In this document: one piece after another, positions 1-8,017 of the stretch | Layout of the letters: each line of letters starts with the position of its first letter | How positions within the stretch are numbered: the first letter of the stretch is position 1 | Source: Methylovulum sp. | GTDB taxonomy: Bacteria; Pseudomonadota; Gammaproteobacteria; Methylococcales; Methylomonadaceae | NCBI GenBank assembly: GCA_028712695.1 | Contig: JAQTQZ010000016.1 | Span: 8,678 to 72,677, forward strand | Direction: 5' to 3' | DNA length: 64,000 nt | Program-made: the position numbers and the translations under genes | Notes under the pieces: generated by a model | What the model was told of the DNA's origin: nothing | Database searches by the model: none | The model's input: the letters and a program-made list of their open reading frames with translations, nothing else

Positions 1-334
1 GAGCTACATGCCTGACGATTTCGTTAAAATACGCAGTGTTTTTGAGTTTAACGGGGTCTTCACTGTCCAGTAAACCTGACGTTTTTTGGCGCTCAACTTG
101 TTGCTGGCTATCACCACGAAAATAAAAGTTAGCCTCATTCAAAGGTACAGAGAGAATACCAGGTGTAATAAATGACCATTCAATACGAACCCCGCCTTTC
201 TCATAGCTGAATTTCAGGGAACGCACAAACTCATCCCAGGATGGTTGCTCTGTGTTATTTGATTGAAATATTGTGTTTTGTGCAGCGATAAGAAATCGAT
301 ATTTAAAACTTTCAAATTTTATTTTTTTAGGCAT
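1..334 (-). CDS. Partial hypothetical protein (runs off window start)
   Basis: Manual translation from ATG at 334: MPKKIKFESFKYRFLIAAQNTIFQSNN... open for 111 codons to the window edge; the start overlaps the radical SAM stop (ATGCCTAA), suggesting coupling. Confidence 0.6.
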   Translation of the reverse strand, partial: MPKKIKFESFKYRFLIAAQNTIFQSNNTEQPSWDEFVRSLKFSYEKGGVRIEWSFITPGILSVPLNEANFYFRGDSQQQVERQKTSGLLDSEDPVKLKNTAYFNEIVRHVA

Positions 335-1529
335 TGATAAGCTCGATTTTTTTGTGAGAAGTTGGTCGGGATGCGGGTCTTTCACGGGACTCATTACGGA
401 TTTTTTCAGCCAGCTCAAGCAATTGTTCGTAAGTTAACGGCCAATTTTTTTCAGGGGGTGAGGTTAAGAAAGTGCCAACTCGTTGCAGTTTTGCAGCCAT
501 AAAACGCATGGAAATGGTCATTTCAGGATAACTGCCGTACATGCAGCCATCGCAGGCGCGCGTTACCTGCGCCACTTCTTCGCGCCAAGCTTTGCTGCGA
601 TAGATTTTGGGAAATTCACTAGCATAGGCAGGATAACTGTTGCTAAGTCGATGATCGCAACACGGGGCGAATTCACCGTTAGGCAAAAGAGCAAAATAAA
701 GATTAGGGGTATCGCAAACGTTGTTGTTATGGCTGCGCCAAGTAATCGGTTCATTACGCACAAAGCGTTTAATGTCATCCAGATACTGATCGCTATCAAA
801 TAGTAAAAAACCCTCTTTACGCATTTGCCGCACACGCTCGACAACACTATCGACAACGGATAATTCATCGGGTCTGAAACGTAAGGAATGGTCAAAGGTA
901 CGAAATCCCCGCGGATGCGCATAATCGCTTACATGCACAGGCACTAGCGAGGTGAACCAAGATATTTCTGTGCCGAAGCGCACGACGTCTTCAATATCGC
1001 CCATGTTCTGGGGTTGCAGGACACAACCTAAGGACGCAAAGCTACCTTCCTTGGGTAAGTGTTTTGAGAACAAAGCCATTGCTTTTAATGCTTGATGCCA
1101 TGATTCGTTGAAAGCGCCATTGATTTTATCTTGTCGTTCAGGTTGTAAAGAATCAAGCGAAATAGATATATCCTTCCCTCCCGCTTCAATAGCCCGCACA
1201 ATTTGTTCTTCTGATGCGTAACCGTTAGTTTGCATACGGACATGCACGCCGCGCGATTCAAAAGCATAAATGATTTCCGGCAGGTCTTTACGGGCGAAAG
1301 GTTCGCCGCCAGTCAGCAAAACGATTGCTACTCCCATAGCTGCGAAATTATCAGCAATTCGTTTTACCTCGTCGATAGTACATTCGCGCACGTCAGAGTT
1401 TGCATAGATGATATTGCATTGCTCACAGGTTAAATTGCATCGTGCGGTGACATAAAACTGCACATAGACAGGTGCATCCTGAAACAACGCTGCCTTTGCT
1501 AAGGTCATTTTCGATAAACTTGAAAACAT
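327..1529 (-). CDS. Radical SAM protein with C-terminal SPASM/twitch-like domain
   Basis: CxxxCxxC (CNLTCEQC), LTGGEP, MQTNG motifs; C-terminal Cys cluster (CDTP...PCC...CDGC). Confidence 0.85.
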   Translation of the reverse strand: MFSSLSKMTLAKAALFQDAPVYVQFYVTARCNLTCEQCNIIYANSDVRECTIDEVKRIADNFAAMGVAIVLLTGGEPFARKDLPEIIYAFESRGVHVRMQTNGYASEEQIVRAIEAGGKDISISLDSLQPERQDKINGAFNESWHQALKAMALFSKHLPKEGSFASLGCVLQPQNMGDIEDVVRFGTEISWFTSLVPVHVSDYAHPRGFRTFDHSLRFRPDELSVVDSVVERVRQMRKEGFLLFDSDQYLDDIKRFVRNEPITWRSHNNNVCDTPNLYFALLPNGEFAPCCDHRLSNSYPAYASEFPKIYRSKAWREEVAQVTRACDGCMYGSYPEMTISMRFMAAKLQRVGTFLTSPPEKNWPLTYEQLLELAEKIRNESRERPASRPTSHKKIELINA

Positions 1530-1530
1530 T

Positions 1531-1920
1531 TTATTTTTTCCTAAAAAATATAGCCCGAATTATATAGTTAATGACAAAAGTCGTACCGTTAGTTAACAAT
1601 TTCGCCAAGTAGGGGTTTAATAAGGCCAATTCAACCAATAGCCATAATAGTACCATCCCAATCCCAAGCATCATGCCATTTACTAAAAATGTAAGTGGTA
1701 AATCCACGCCCAGTTGAAAACGGTTGTTTTTGAATACGAACTTACGGATAAGAACGACATTAACAACTGTCCCTACACAAAACGCGGCAGCATTGGCGAT
1801 GTAAATTGACACCCCTTGTGATACAAGCATTGCGTAAATCAAAAAATCTATGCAAAAGCCACAAGTAACGACTAGGAAGTAACGCAGAGGCGTTTTAAAT
1901 ATTGATAGTTTCCGCAACAA
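1531..1920 (-). CDS. GtrA family (flippase-like) membrane protein
   Basis: About 130 aa, four hydrophobic segments, RYFLVVTCGFCIDF...NFVF...AKLL...NY pattern typical of GtrA; follows a GtrB-like glycosyltransferase; TTG start at 1920 is my estimate. Confidence 0.8.
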   Translation of the reverse strand: MLRKLSIFKTPLRYFLVVTCGFCIDFLIYAMLVSQGVSIYIANAAAFCVGTVVNVVLIRKFVFKNNRFQLGVDLPLTFLVNGMMLGIGMVLLWLLVELALLNPYLAKLLTNGTTFVINYIIRAIFFRKK

Positions 1921-2839
1921 AATAGAGCGGTCTCCCTTTAACTTCTTCGAATATGCGGGCAATGTATTCTCCAACCACGCCAATCAATAATATCTGTACA
2001 CCACTAAAAATTACTATAGATAACAATACCGCAGTTAAACCAGGCACAGGTATATTTGTAAACAGTTTCAAATACAACATGTAACAACCACCTAATATGC
2101 CCGCTAATATTGTTAGGAAACCAAGGCGAATTGCTATAGTCAGGGGTTTTTTTGAAAAAGAAAAGACTGCATTGGTGGCAAATCCTAGCATTTTTCGTAA
2201 GGGGTATTTAGTTTCGCCCGCATAACGTTCTACACGATCATATTCGAGTGGGATAGCACGAAAACCGAGCCAAGGAATCATTCCTCGCACAAATCGATGT
2301 CGTTCAGGCATGCGCTTGAACGCATCGACAACATTACGTGACATGAGACGAAAATCCCCCGTATCAGTGGGAATATCGATTTCGCACAGATAATTTAACA
2401 GACGATAAAAAATTTTGGCCGTTAATTTCTTGAATACTGATTCACCGGCACGGCTACGACGTTTGCCATATACCACGTCAAAACCTGTTAGTGCTAAGAG
2501 GTACATGTCTTCGATTAACTCTGGGGGATCTTGTAAGTCGGCATCAATTACGGCAACATAATGCCCCTTCGCTAAGTCAATTCCTGCCGTAATAGCAATT
2601 TGGTGGCCAAAGTTCCGGCTAAAAGCAATTACCTTGATACTGGTAGTTTGCTCTGCCATGTTTCGCAGTAAAGGCAAAGAGCAATCGCTAGAGCCATCAT
2701 CGATAAATACTAGCTCCACATCCAGGCTAGGTAATAATTTATCGCGCAGAGCAAGAAGACGTTTCACAGTTTCAGTAATTGACTCTTCTTCATTGAATAC
2801 TGGTACAACAATGCTCAGCAGTTTTTTTTCTTGAACCAT
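1895..2839 (-). CDS. Glycosyltransferase family 2 (GtrB/polyprenol-phosphate glycosyltransferase-like)
   Basis: SIVVPVFNEE, IDDGSSD, FSRNFGHQIA, DADLQDPPE, TGDFRLM motifs, two C-terminal TM helices; ATG at 2839 with aggag RBS. Confidence 0.9.
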   Translation of the reverse strand: MVQEKKLLSIVVPVFNEEESITETVKRLLALRDKLLPSLDVELVFIDDGSSDCSLPLLRNMAEQTTSIKVIAFSRNFGHQIAITAGIDLAKGHYVAVIDADLQDPPELIEDMYLLALTGFDVVYGKRRSRAGESVFKKLTAKIFYRLLNYLCEIDIPTDTGDFRLMSRNVVDAFKRMPERHRFVRGMIPWLGFRAIPLEYDRVERYAGETKYPLRKMLGFATNAVFSFSKKPLTIAIRLGFLTILAGILGGCYMLYLKLFTNIPVPGLTAVLLSIVIFSGVQILLIGVVGEYIARIFEEVKGRPLYFVAETINI

Positions 2840-2929
2840 ATGGTATGACTCCTTGATGTTTAAAAGCAGGTTGTGCGTGTTTGCCAATAGCAAAAGCTAT
2901 TAAAAGTTGCTCAATATGGATATATGCGA

Positions 2930-3797
2930 CTATATGATAATTTTGCTATTTAATTTTAAATCCAAAAACTGCGGGTAGTCTCTTATATACCCAATTAACT
3001 TGAAGACACCGTGTTGATATTTTAAAAATCATATATAATTCAATCTATTAATAGCATATCGATACGGTATCTTGAAAGGCGATGGGTATATAATCGGCAG
3101 CCTGGTAAAGCTCAGACGCCAAAACCAGACAAATAGCGCCGCTGGAAAAATTATTCAGCTCCCGCCAAATACCCGGCACTATCTGCAAAGCATAATGCGG
3201 CCTGTTTAAGGAAAAGGTCTTTTTTACCGTGCCATCATCCAGCTCAACGTCAAAGCTACTGGCCTGAAAGCCGTTTTCGTCAACGATCACTATGAAATTC
3301 TTAAGGTTGTGGTGCGCCGCAAAAAGCGCACCCTCGCAAATAGGGCCTTCATTGATTTCGCCATCACCCACCAAGGCGTAGGTTTTTTGACCGGTGCCGC
3401 GTAGCTTTGCCTCTATCGCCATGCCGACGTCGACCGAGAAGCCGTGGCCTAATGATCCAGAAGTCACTTCTAAGCCAGAAACACGCGAATCAGACAAGCC
3501 TTTTAAATCGCTGCCATCAGCGAAATAATTCGAGAACGCCTCATTCTTAAGCCAGCCCAATTCACGCAAACACGCGTATTGAGCCATGATGCCATACCCT
3601 TTGCTGAGTACGAAGTAATCACGCTCTGTGGCAAGCGGGTCGTTATAGGGATAGCGTAAATGATTTCGGTATAAAACAGCCAGGAGCTCGATGATTGAGA
3701 ATGCACATCCGATATGGACGGTTGAGCCTGCATAGGCCATATCCAATACCGTTTTACGCAGTGCTTTGGTATTAAATGCGTGAGGATGTGAAGTCAT
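2930..3797 (-). pseudogene. Chimeric pseudogene: transketolase N-terminal subunit fragment fused to the C-terminal half of an FdtA/WxcM-like cupin, interrupted by a MITE
   Basis: Transketolase-N motifs (HIGCAFS, DYFVLSKG, VTSGSLGHG, GDGEINEG) up to ENGFQA, then 57 aa that are 56/57 identical to the cupin at 7183-7611; degenerate residues (SKGYG for SKGHG, ICE for IWE). Confidence 0.85.
2988..3088. mobile_element. 101-bp MITE, IS630/Tc1-like (TA duplication)
   Basis: Bipartite TIRs TACCCA-N6-TT(G/C)AAGA(C/T)ACCGT at both ends; TA at 2986-2987 and 3089-3090; removing it restores the cupin reading frame ...ADYIRDYPQFLDLKLNSKIII*. Confidence 0.75.
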
Positions 3798-3809
3798 AGC
3801 CGACAATTC

Positions 3810-3977
3810 TCAGAAGTTGATACCGAGATAGCTCTCGATTTTACTGGTCGCAAAATCCAACATCTCCTTGGTCAGAGCTGGCTGCACGCCAATCCAGAAG
3901 GTGTTCTTCATCACATTGTCGGTATTGGTCAAATTGCCGCTGATGCAGTAGCTAGCAATCATTTTTATAGTTTCCAT
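3810..3977 (-). pseudogene. Orphan 3' end of rfbH/ddhC (55-codon remnant)
   Basis: Translates [55 protein letters not shown]; 3850-3944 matches 4918-5012 at 90/95 nt. Confidence 0.85.
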
Positions 3978-4062
3978 AATAAATTCGTTTCTTTTGAAAA
4001 ATTAAAGCTCGATAAGCACAAAACTTGGCGAGGCTTATTGGATCGGCGGCTTTCATGTCGTT

Positions 4063-4476
4063 TTAATCTAGCTGATTCACCACTATCTTCGCAAATTCTG
4101 TGAAGTCTGCTAGGTGGTTTTTTACAATGCTGTGAACAATATGCCAGTTGATGGCATCGTAGTTATGCACGGCAATATTGCGAAAGCCAACGGCTTTTTT
4201 CAGGCTAAGCGCCAGCGCTACAGATAATATCCCTGCTTGTGCAAGTCTATCGAACGTTTGGCCCATTGTATCCGGCGGCGGCACGTCCATACCCGAAATC
4301 AGATGTGCACCAATGTCCACACATAACTGCACGGCTCGACTGAGGTTAAGCGAGACTATGTCTTGTAGATCAAAGTCTGTAATTAACGTATCGGCTTCCG
4401 GAGGGCACTTGGTTTCGATGCGTTGTAAACAGCGACGCAGCGCCTCCAGTTTTTGCTCGACTACTTCCCGATCCAC
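4063..4476 (-). CDS. HepT-like HEPN ribonuclease toxin (DUF86)
   Basis: RX4HXY motif (GFRNIAVHNY), QLCVDIG, 137 aa, overlaps upstream nucleotidyltransferase. Confidence 0.85.
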   Translation of the reverse strand: MDREVVEQKLEALRRCLQRIETKCPPEADTLITDFDLQDIVSLNLSRAVQLCVDIGAHLISGMDVPPPDTMGQTFDRLAQAGILSVALALSLKKAVGFRNIAVHNYDAINWHIVHSIVKNHLADFTEFAKIVVNQLD

Positions 4477-4874
4477 GCCGCCCGCCTTTCTGCTAATACC
4501 CGGTTGCGATACGGCATAAAATCGGCCTGTTCAAACAAATGTCGGCTAATCAACTGCCCATACTCACCATCACTCCCCAGCAGGCGACGACCATGCTGCA
4601 CGATTTGGCCCAATAAAGGCTCGGTTGCCACTTTCAAATCTATCAAGTCAACAGGGCGACCGATTTGCTCTGCCAACGCGGCGATGAGGTCCATTTTCTG
4701 ATCCGCTGTCAGCGCCTGTTTGGCGGCTACCGCAATGTCCAAATCACTGTCTGCGCGTTGCCGTCCCGAGGCGACCGAGCCAAACACCAGCGCCAGCACC
4801 AGTTCAGGAAAGCGCGTCAACACTTCCTGCAGTTGCTTGTCGATATCAGGTGCTGTGGTGTTAACAGTGGTCAT
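4461..4874 (-). CDS. MntA-like minimal nucleotidyltransferase antitoxin
   Basis: GSX10DXD motif (FGSVASGRQRADSDLD), VDLIDL; paired with HEPN gene. Confidence 0.85.
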   Translation of the reverse strand: MTTVNTTAPDIDKQLQEVLTRFPELVLALVFGSVASGRQRADSDLDIAVAAKQALTADQKMDLIAALAEQIGRPVDLIDLKVATEPLLGQIVQHGRRLLGSDGEYGQLISRHLFEQADFMPYRNRVLAERRAAWIGK

Positions 4875-4877
4875 GGC

Positions 4878-6641
4878 TTAAACTTTCACGCCCAGATAGC
4901 TTTCGATTTTCTCTACTGCAAAATCCAACATCTCCTTGGTCAGAGCTGGCTGCACACCAATCCAGAAGGTGTTGTTCATCACATTGTCGGTATTGGCCAG
5001 ATCGCCGCTGATACGGAAGTTGGCCCCGATCATGTAAGGCTGGCGCGTAAGGTTACCGGCAAATAGCAGGCGCGATCCGATTTTGTGTTGATCCAGGTAG
5101 GTCAGCAGCTCCAGCCGTGTGACGGGACTGCTTTCTTTCACGGTGATGGGAAAACCAAACCATGAGGGGTCAGAGTGTTCGGTTGCTTCAGGCAGATGCA
5201 AAAAGGCTTCGCAGCTTTTCAGGCGTTCTTTGAGATAGGCAAAATTGTCTTTGCGAGCCTGGATAAACTGTGGTGCCTTGTCTAGTTGCGCCAGTCCACA
5301 GGCGGCCTGCATGTCAGTGATTTTAAGGTTGTAGCCTAGGTGGCTGTAGGTGTATTTATGGTCGTAACCCTTAGGCAAGTTGCCTAATTTAAAGCAAAAG
5401 CGTTTGCCGCAAGTGTTGTCTTTACCTGGCGCGCAGAAGCAATCACGTCCCCAATCGCGGAAGCTTTCGGCAATTGTTTTAAGCTTTTTGCTGTTTGTAA
5501 ATACTGCGCCGCCTTCACCCATGGTGATGTGGTGCGCCGGATAAAAGCTTAGCGTGCCGATGTCACCAAATGTGCCTACCATCTGGCCGCGATAAGTGGT
5601 GCCTAGTGCATCACAGCAGTCTTCCACTAGCCAAAGGTTGTGTTTTTTACACAAAGCCATGACCACGTCGAGGTTAAAGGCGTTACCCAATGAATGCGCC
5701 AGCATGATGGCTTTGGTCTTAGGGCCAATGGCCGCTTCGATTTTGCTGGCATCGATATTGTGCGTTTTAGGATCTACATCCACAAATACGGGCACTGCAC
5801 CAAACTGGAGTATGGGATTGACGGTGGTTGGAAAACCGGCCGCCACACCGATAACTTCATCGCCCGGCTTGATAGCCCGATCGCCCAGTTTAGGAGATGT
5901 CAGGGTGATAAACGCGACGAGGTTGGCTGAAGAGCCGGAGTTGACAGTAATCAGGTGCTTAACGCCGATGAAAGCCGCGAGCTTTTCCTCAAATTTGGCG
6001 TTGAAGCGGCGGCCTGTAGTGAGCCAGCCGTCGAGGGCTACCAACTTTAGGCGGGACAGTCTGAGGTTAAGCCGTTCGTGGTGAGCTTGTCGAACCATGA
6101 ACGGTTTAACCGTCCACCCTTCGACAAGCTCAGGGCGAACGGTTAAGCCTAGCAACTTGTCCCGCCTAAAGTTGGTAGCCCCGTCGAGCGAGGCTTCGAC
6201 CATATTTTTGATCTCTTCGGCACCGATGACCTTGCCTGAAGGTGGAATAACGCTGGTTCCTGGAACAAAAGCAGTGGAATTAAATTTATGTACCGCAAAG
6301 TTCTCCACGTTAAACGCAGTCGCTTTTCGTAAAACTTCATCCAACTTTGTTGTATTGAGGCTGGCAACTTTCCTGCAAATCTTGCTTTGTACGGTAATTA
6401 CCTTATCAACACGAACTACACTTTCCTGTTTTAGCGCTCCTTCTGCCAGATCAACGGCGGTAATTTTGACAGCAGAGGTGTCGTAGATGTAAGAGTCAAC
6501 TTCAGTGGTGATAAAAGCTACGTTTAAGTCATCAAAAATACTACGCTGATTAATCCCGATTACCAAGCCAGGACGAACCTTGCTGCCTGCCCGGTTAGTA
6601 TAAGGAAAATCCAAGAGAACAACATCACCGAGCCTTAACAT
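4878..6641 (-). CDS. rfbH: Fusion protein: N-terminal PemK/MazF-like toxin domain + CDP-4-keto-6-deoxyglucose 3-dehydrase RfbH/DdhC, with a 51-aa MITE-derived in-frame insertion
   Basis: N-term [24 protein letters not shown]...AFITT...RVDKVITV (PemK-like); RfbH motifs [44 protein letters not shown]; ATG at 6641 with GGAGG RBS. Confidence 0.85.
   Translation of the reverse strand: MLRLGDVVLLDFPYTNRAGSKVRPGLVIGINQRSIFDDLNVAFITTEVDSYIYDTSAVKITAVDLAEGALKQESVVRVDKVITVQSKICRKVASLNTTKLDEVLRKATAFNVENFAVHKFNSTAFVPGTSVIPPSGKVIGAEEIKNMVEASLDGATNFRRDKLLGLTVRPELVEGWTVKPFMVRQAHHERLNLRLSRLKLVALDGWLTTGRRFNAKFEEKLAAFIGVKHLITVNSGSSANLVAFITLTSPKLGDRAIKPGDEVIGVAAGFPTTVNPILQFGAVPVFVDVDPKTHNIDASKIEAAIGPKTKAIMLAHSLGNAFNLDVVMALCKKHNLWLVEDCCDALGTTYRGQMVGTFGDIGTLSFYPAHHITMGEGGAVFTNSKKLKTIAESFRDWGRDCFCAPGKDNTCGKRFCFKLGNLPKGYDHKYTYSHLGYNLKITDMQAACGLAQLDKAPQFIQARKDNFAYLKERLKSCEAFLHLPEATEHSDPSWFGFPITVKESSPVTRLELLTYLDQHKIGSRLLFAGNLTRQPYMIGANFRISGDLANTDNVMNNTFWIGVQPALTKEMLDFAVEKIESYLGVKV
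6036..6180. mobile_element. 145-bp MITE with 23-bp perfect TIRs and 8-bp TSD (IS1595-family-like), carrying an internal REP-like inverted repeat
   Basis: TIR GGCTACCAACTTTAGGCGGGACA at 6036-6058 and its reverse complement at 6158-6180; TSD CCGTCGAG at 6028-6035 and 6181-6188; inner IR 6072-6094/6120-6142 (20/23). Confidence 0.92.
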
Positions 6642-6879
6642 CAAATAACTCCTCCCAGTTAACATCATTATCATCTTCGGTATCAAAAAAACTGCTCAGT
6701 CCAATGGCCTGAAATTCCTGTTCAGAATTAGACGCTCCGGCGTGGAATGATTGGGCCACCCCACTCGCCTGATCATCTTTATCCAGGACGATAACAAATA
6801 ACTCAGCTTCACTTACACCTACTAAGGGAGTCAGCAGATGAATATTGCCTTCTTTATAAACCGCCTTTACAGCTTGCAT
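6625..6879 (-). CDS. Putative antitoxin, DUF104/AF2212-like N-terminus
   Basis: [19 protein letters not shown] resembles the AF2212-like fold start; acidic C-terminus; 3' end overlaps the PemK-RfbH start; aggag RBS. Confidence 0.6.
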   Translation of the reverse strand: MQAVKAVYKEGNIHLLTPLVGVSEAELFVIVLDKDDQASGVAQSFHAGASNSEQEFQAIGLSSFFDTEDDNDVNWEELFDVKAR

Positions 6880-6926
6880 TGTAGGTCTCCTTTGTTCGTT
6901 TGGTAGTCCGCAATTTGTTTCAAGGC

Positions 6927-7145
6927 TCATAGTTGAATGCCGGTTTGTCGCGCAATCGTCAGCACAGGCGCTTCGGGAGTGGCGCGGTTAGCAATGGTCT
7001 GATCAGTTTCAAATAACAGGTCAATATCGCCACCCTTTTTGGTGTCGTCGGTACGCGAACCAAAAAGGATGACCCGCACGTCTTTGCCCAGCACCGCATC
7101 AGCAGTTTGTTTGATGGCTTGAATTTGTTCTTGGGTTAGGCGCAT
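6927..7145 (-). pseudogene. Minimal nucleotidyltransferase, apparently internally deleted
   Basis: [11 protein letters not shown]...[18 protein letters not shown] motif; only 72 aa, IANRA runs directly into TPEAP; no HEPN partner follows. Confidence 0.6.
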
Positions 7146-7182
7146 GGCGGTGTTTTGATAAGTTTTAGATGGCTTCAATTCG

Positions 7183-7611
7183 TTATTGACTGGCTTTTAA
7201 AGCCAAGAACTGCCGATAATCCCTTATATAATCAGCCGCTTGATAAAGTTCGGAAGCCAGAACCAGGCAAATTGCGCCGCTGGAAAAATTATTCAGCTCC
7301 CGCCAAATACCGGGGACTATCTGCAAAGCATAATGCGGCCTGTTTAATGAGAAGGTTTTTTTTACCGTGCCATCATCCAGCTGAACGTCAAAACTGCCGC
7401 CAGCGGCAACCAAAAACTGTTGTAAGTCGTAATGGGCATGGCCGCCGCGTGATTCGCCGCCCGGCACATCGTAAAGGTAGTAGATCCTTTTTATGTCAAA
7501 CGGAAAATGCTTTTTTCCTTCGACAAAAGTAATGTTGCCCGATTGGTTATGGACTTTCGGAAGTTCAACGATTGCACAATCAAACACGGTGGTTTTGTTA
7601 TTCGGCTTCAT
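7183..7611 (-). CDS. FdtA/QdtA (WxcM-like) cupin, sugar 3,4-ketoisomerase
   Basis: [48 protein letters not shown]. Confidence 0.85.
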   Translation of the reverse strand: MKPNNKTTVFDCAIVELPKVHNQSGNITFVEGKKHFPFDIKRIYYLYDVPGGESRGGHAHYDLQQFLVAAGGSFDVQLDDGTVKKTFSLNRPHYALQIVPGIWRELNNFSSGAICLVLASELYQAADYIRDYRQFLALKASQ

Positions 7612-8017
7612 TGCGGGCTGTTATAAAGTCAGGAAAGGATCTAATGTAATCATCGGCGTCGTAGACGGTTGATGACAAAACCAAGGCAAGGGCGTTGGTC
7701 GAAAAATTCTGCATAGTACGCCAATGTAATTCTGGAACATACAAGCCGTAATACGAGCGGTTTAAAAAAAAAGTCTGTTCCTGTTGCCCATTATGTAAAA
7801 CGACTTCAAAACTGCCTGATAAGGCGATAATAAATTCTTGTTCCGTTCTAAAGGCATGGCTGCCCCTGATTTCCCCGCCTGGAACATCATAAACCCAGTA
7901 GGTGCGTTTTATTGTAAAAGGAATATGCTGTTTTGATTCTACAAAAGATAGGTTGCCTCTGGGGTCAAAAATCTTGGGCAGTTGAATAAGTTGGGGTTGT
8001 GCAGGCTTCTTATCCAT
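7598..8017 (-). CDS. Second FdtA/QdtA (WxcM-like) cupin
   Basis: DPRGNLSFVE, KRTYWVYDVPGGEIRGSHA, FSTNALALVLSS, DYIRSF. Confidence 0.85.
   Translation of the reverse strand: MDKKPAQPQLIQLPKIFDPRGNLSFVESKQHIPFTIKRTYWVYDVPGGEIRGSHAFRTEQEFIIALSGSFEVVLHNGQQEQTFFLNRSYYGLYVPELHWRTMQNFSTNALALVLSSTVYDADDYIRSFPDFITARNEAE

Noticed and set aside
2908-2918. GCTCAATATGG matching part of the 55.5-kb MITE TIR
   Set aside because: Only 11 bp, with no partner end or TSD; likely chance
6008-6016. Extra Arg codon in rfbH (GGC CGC CGC; TTGRRF where TTGRF is usual)
   Set aside because: A 3-bp slippage; real but too small to interpret alone
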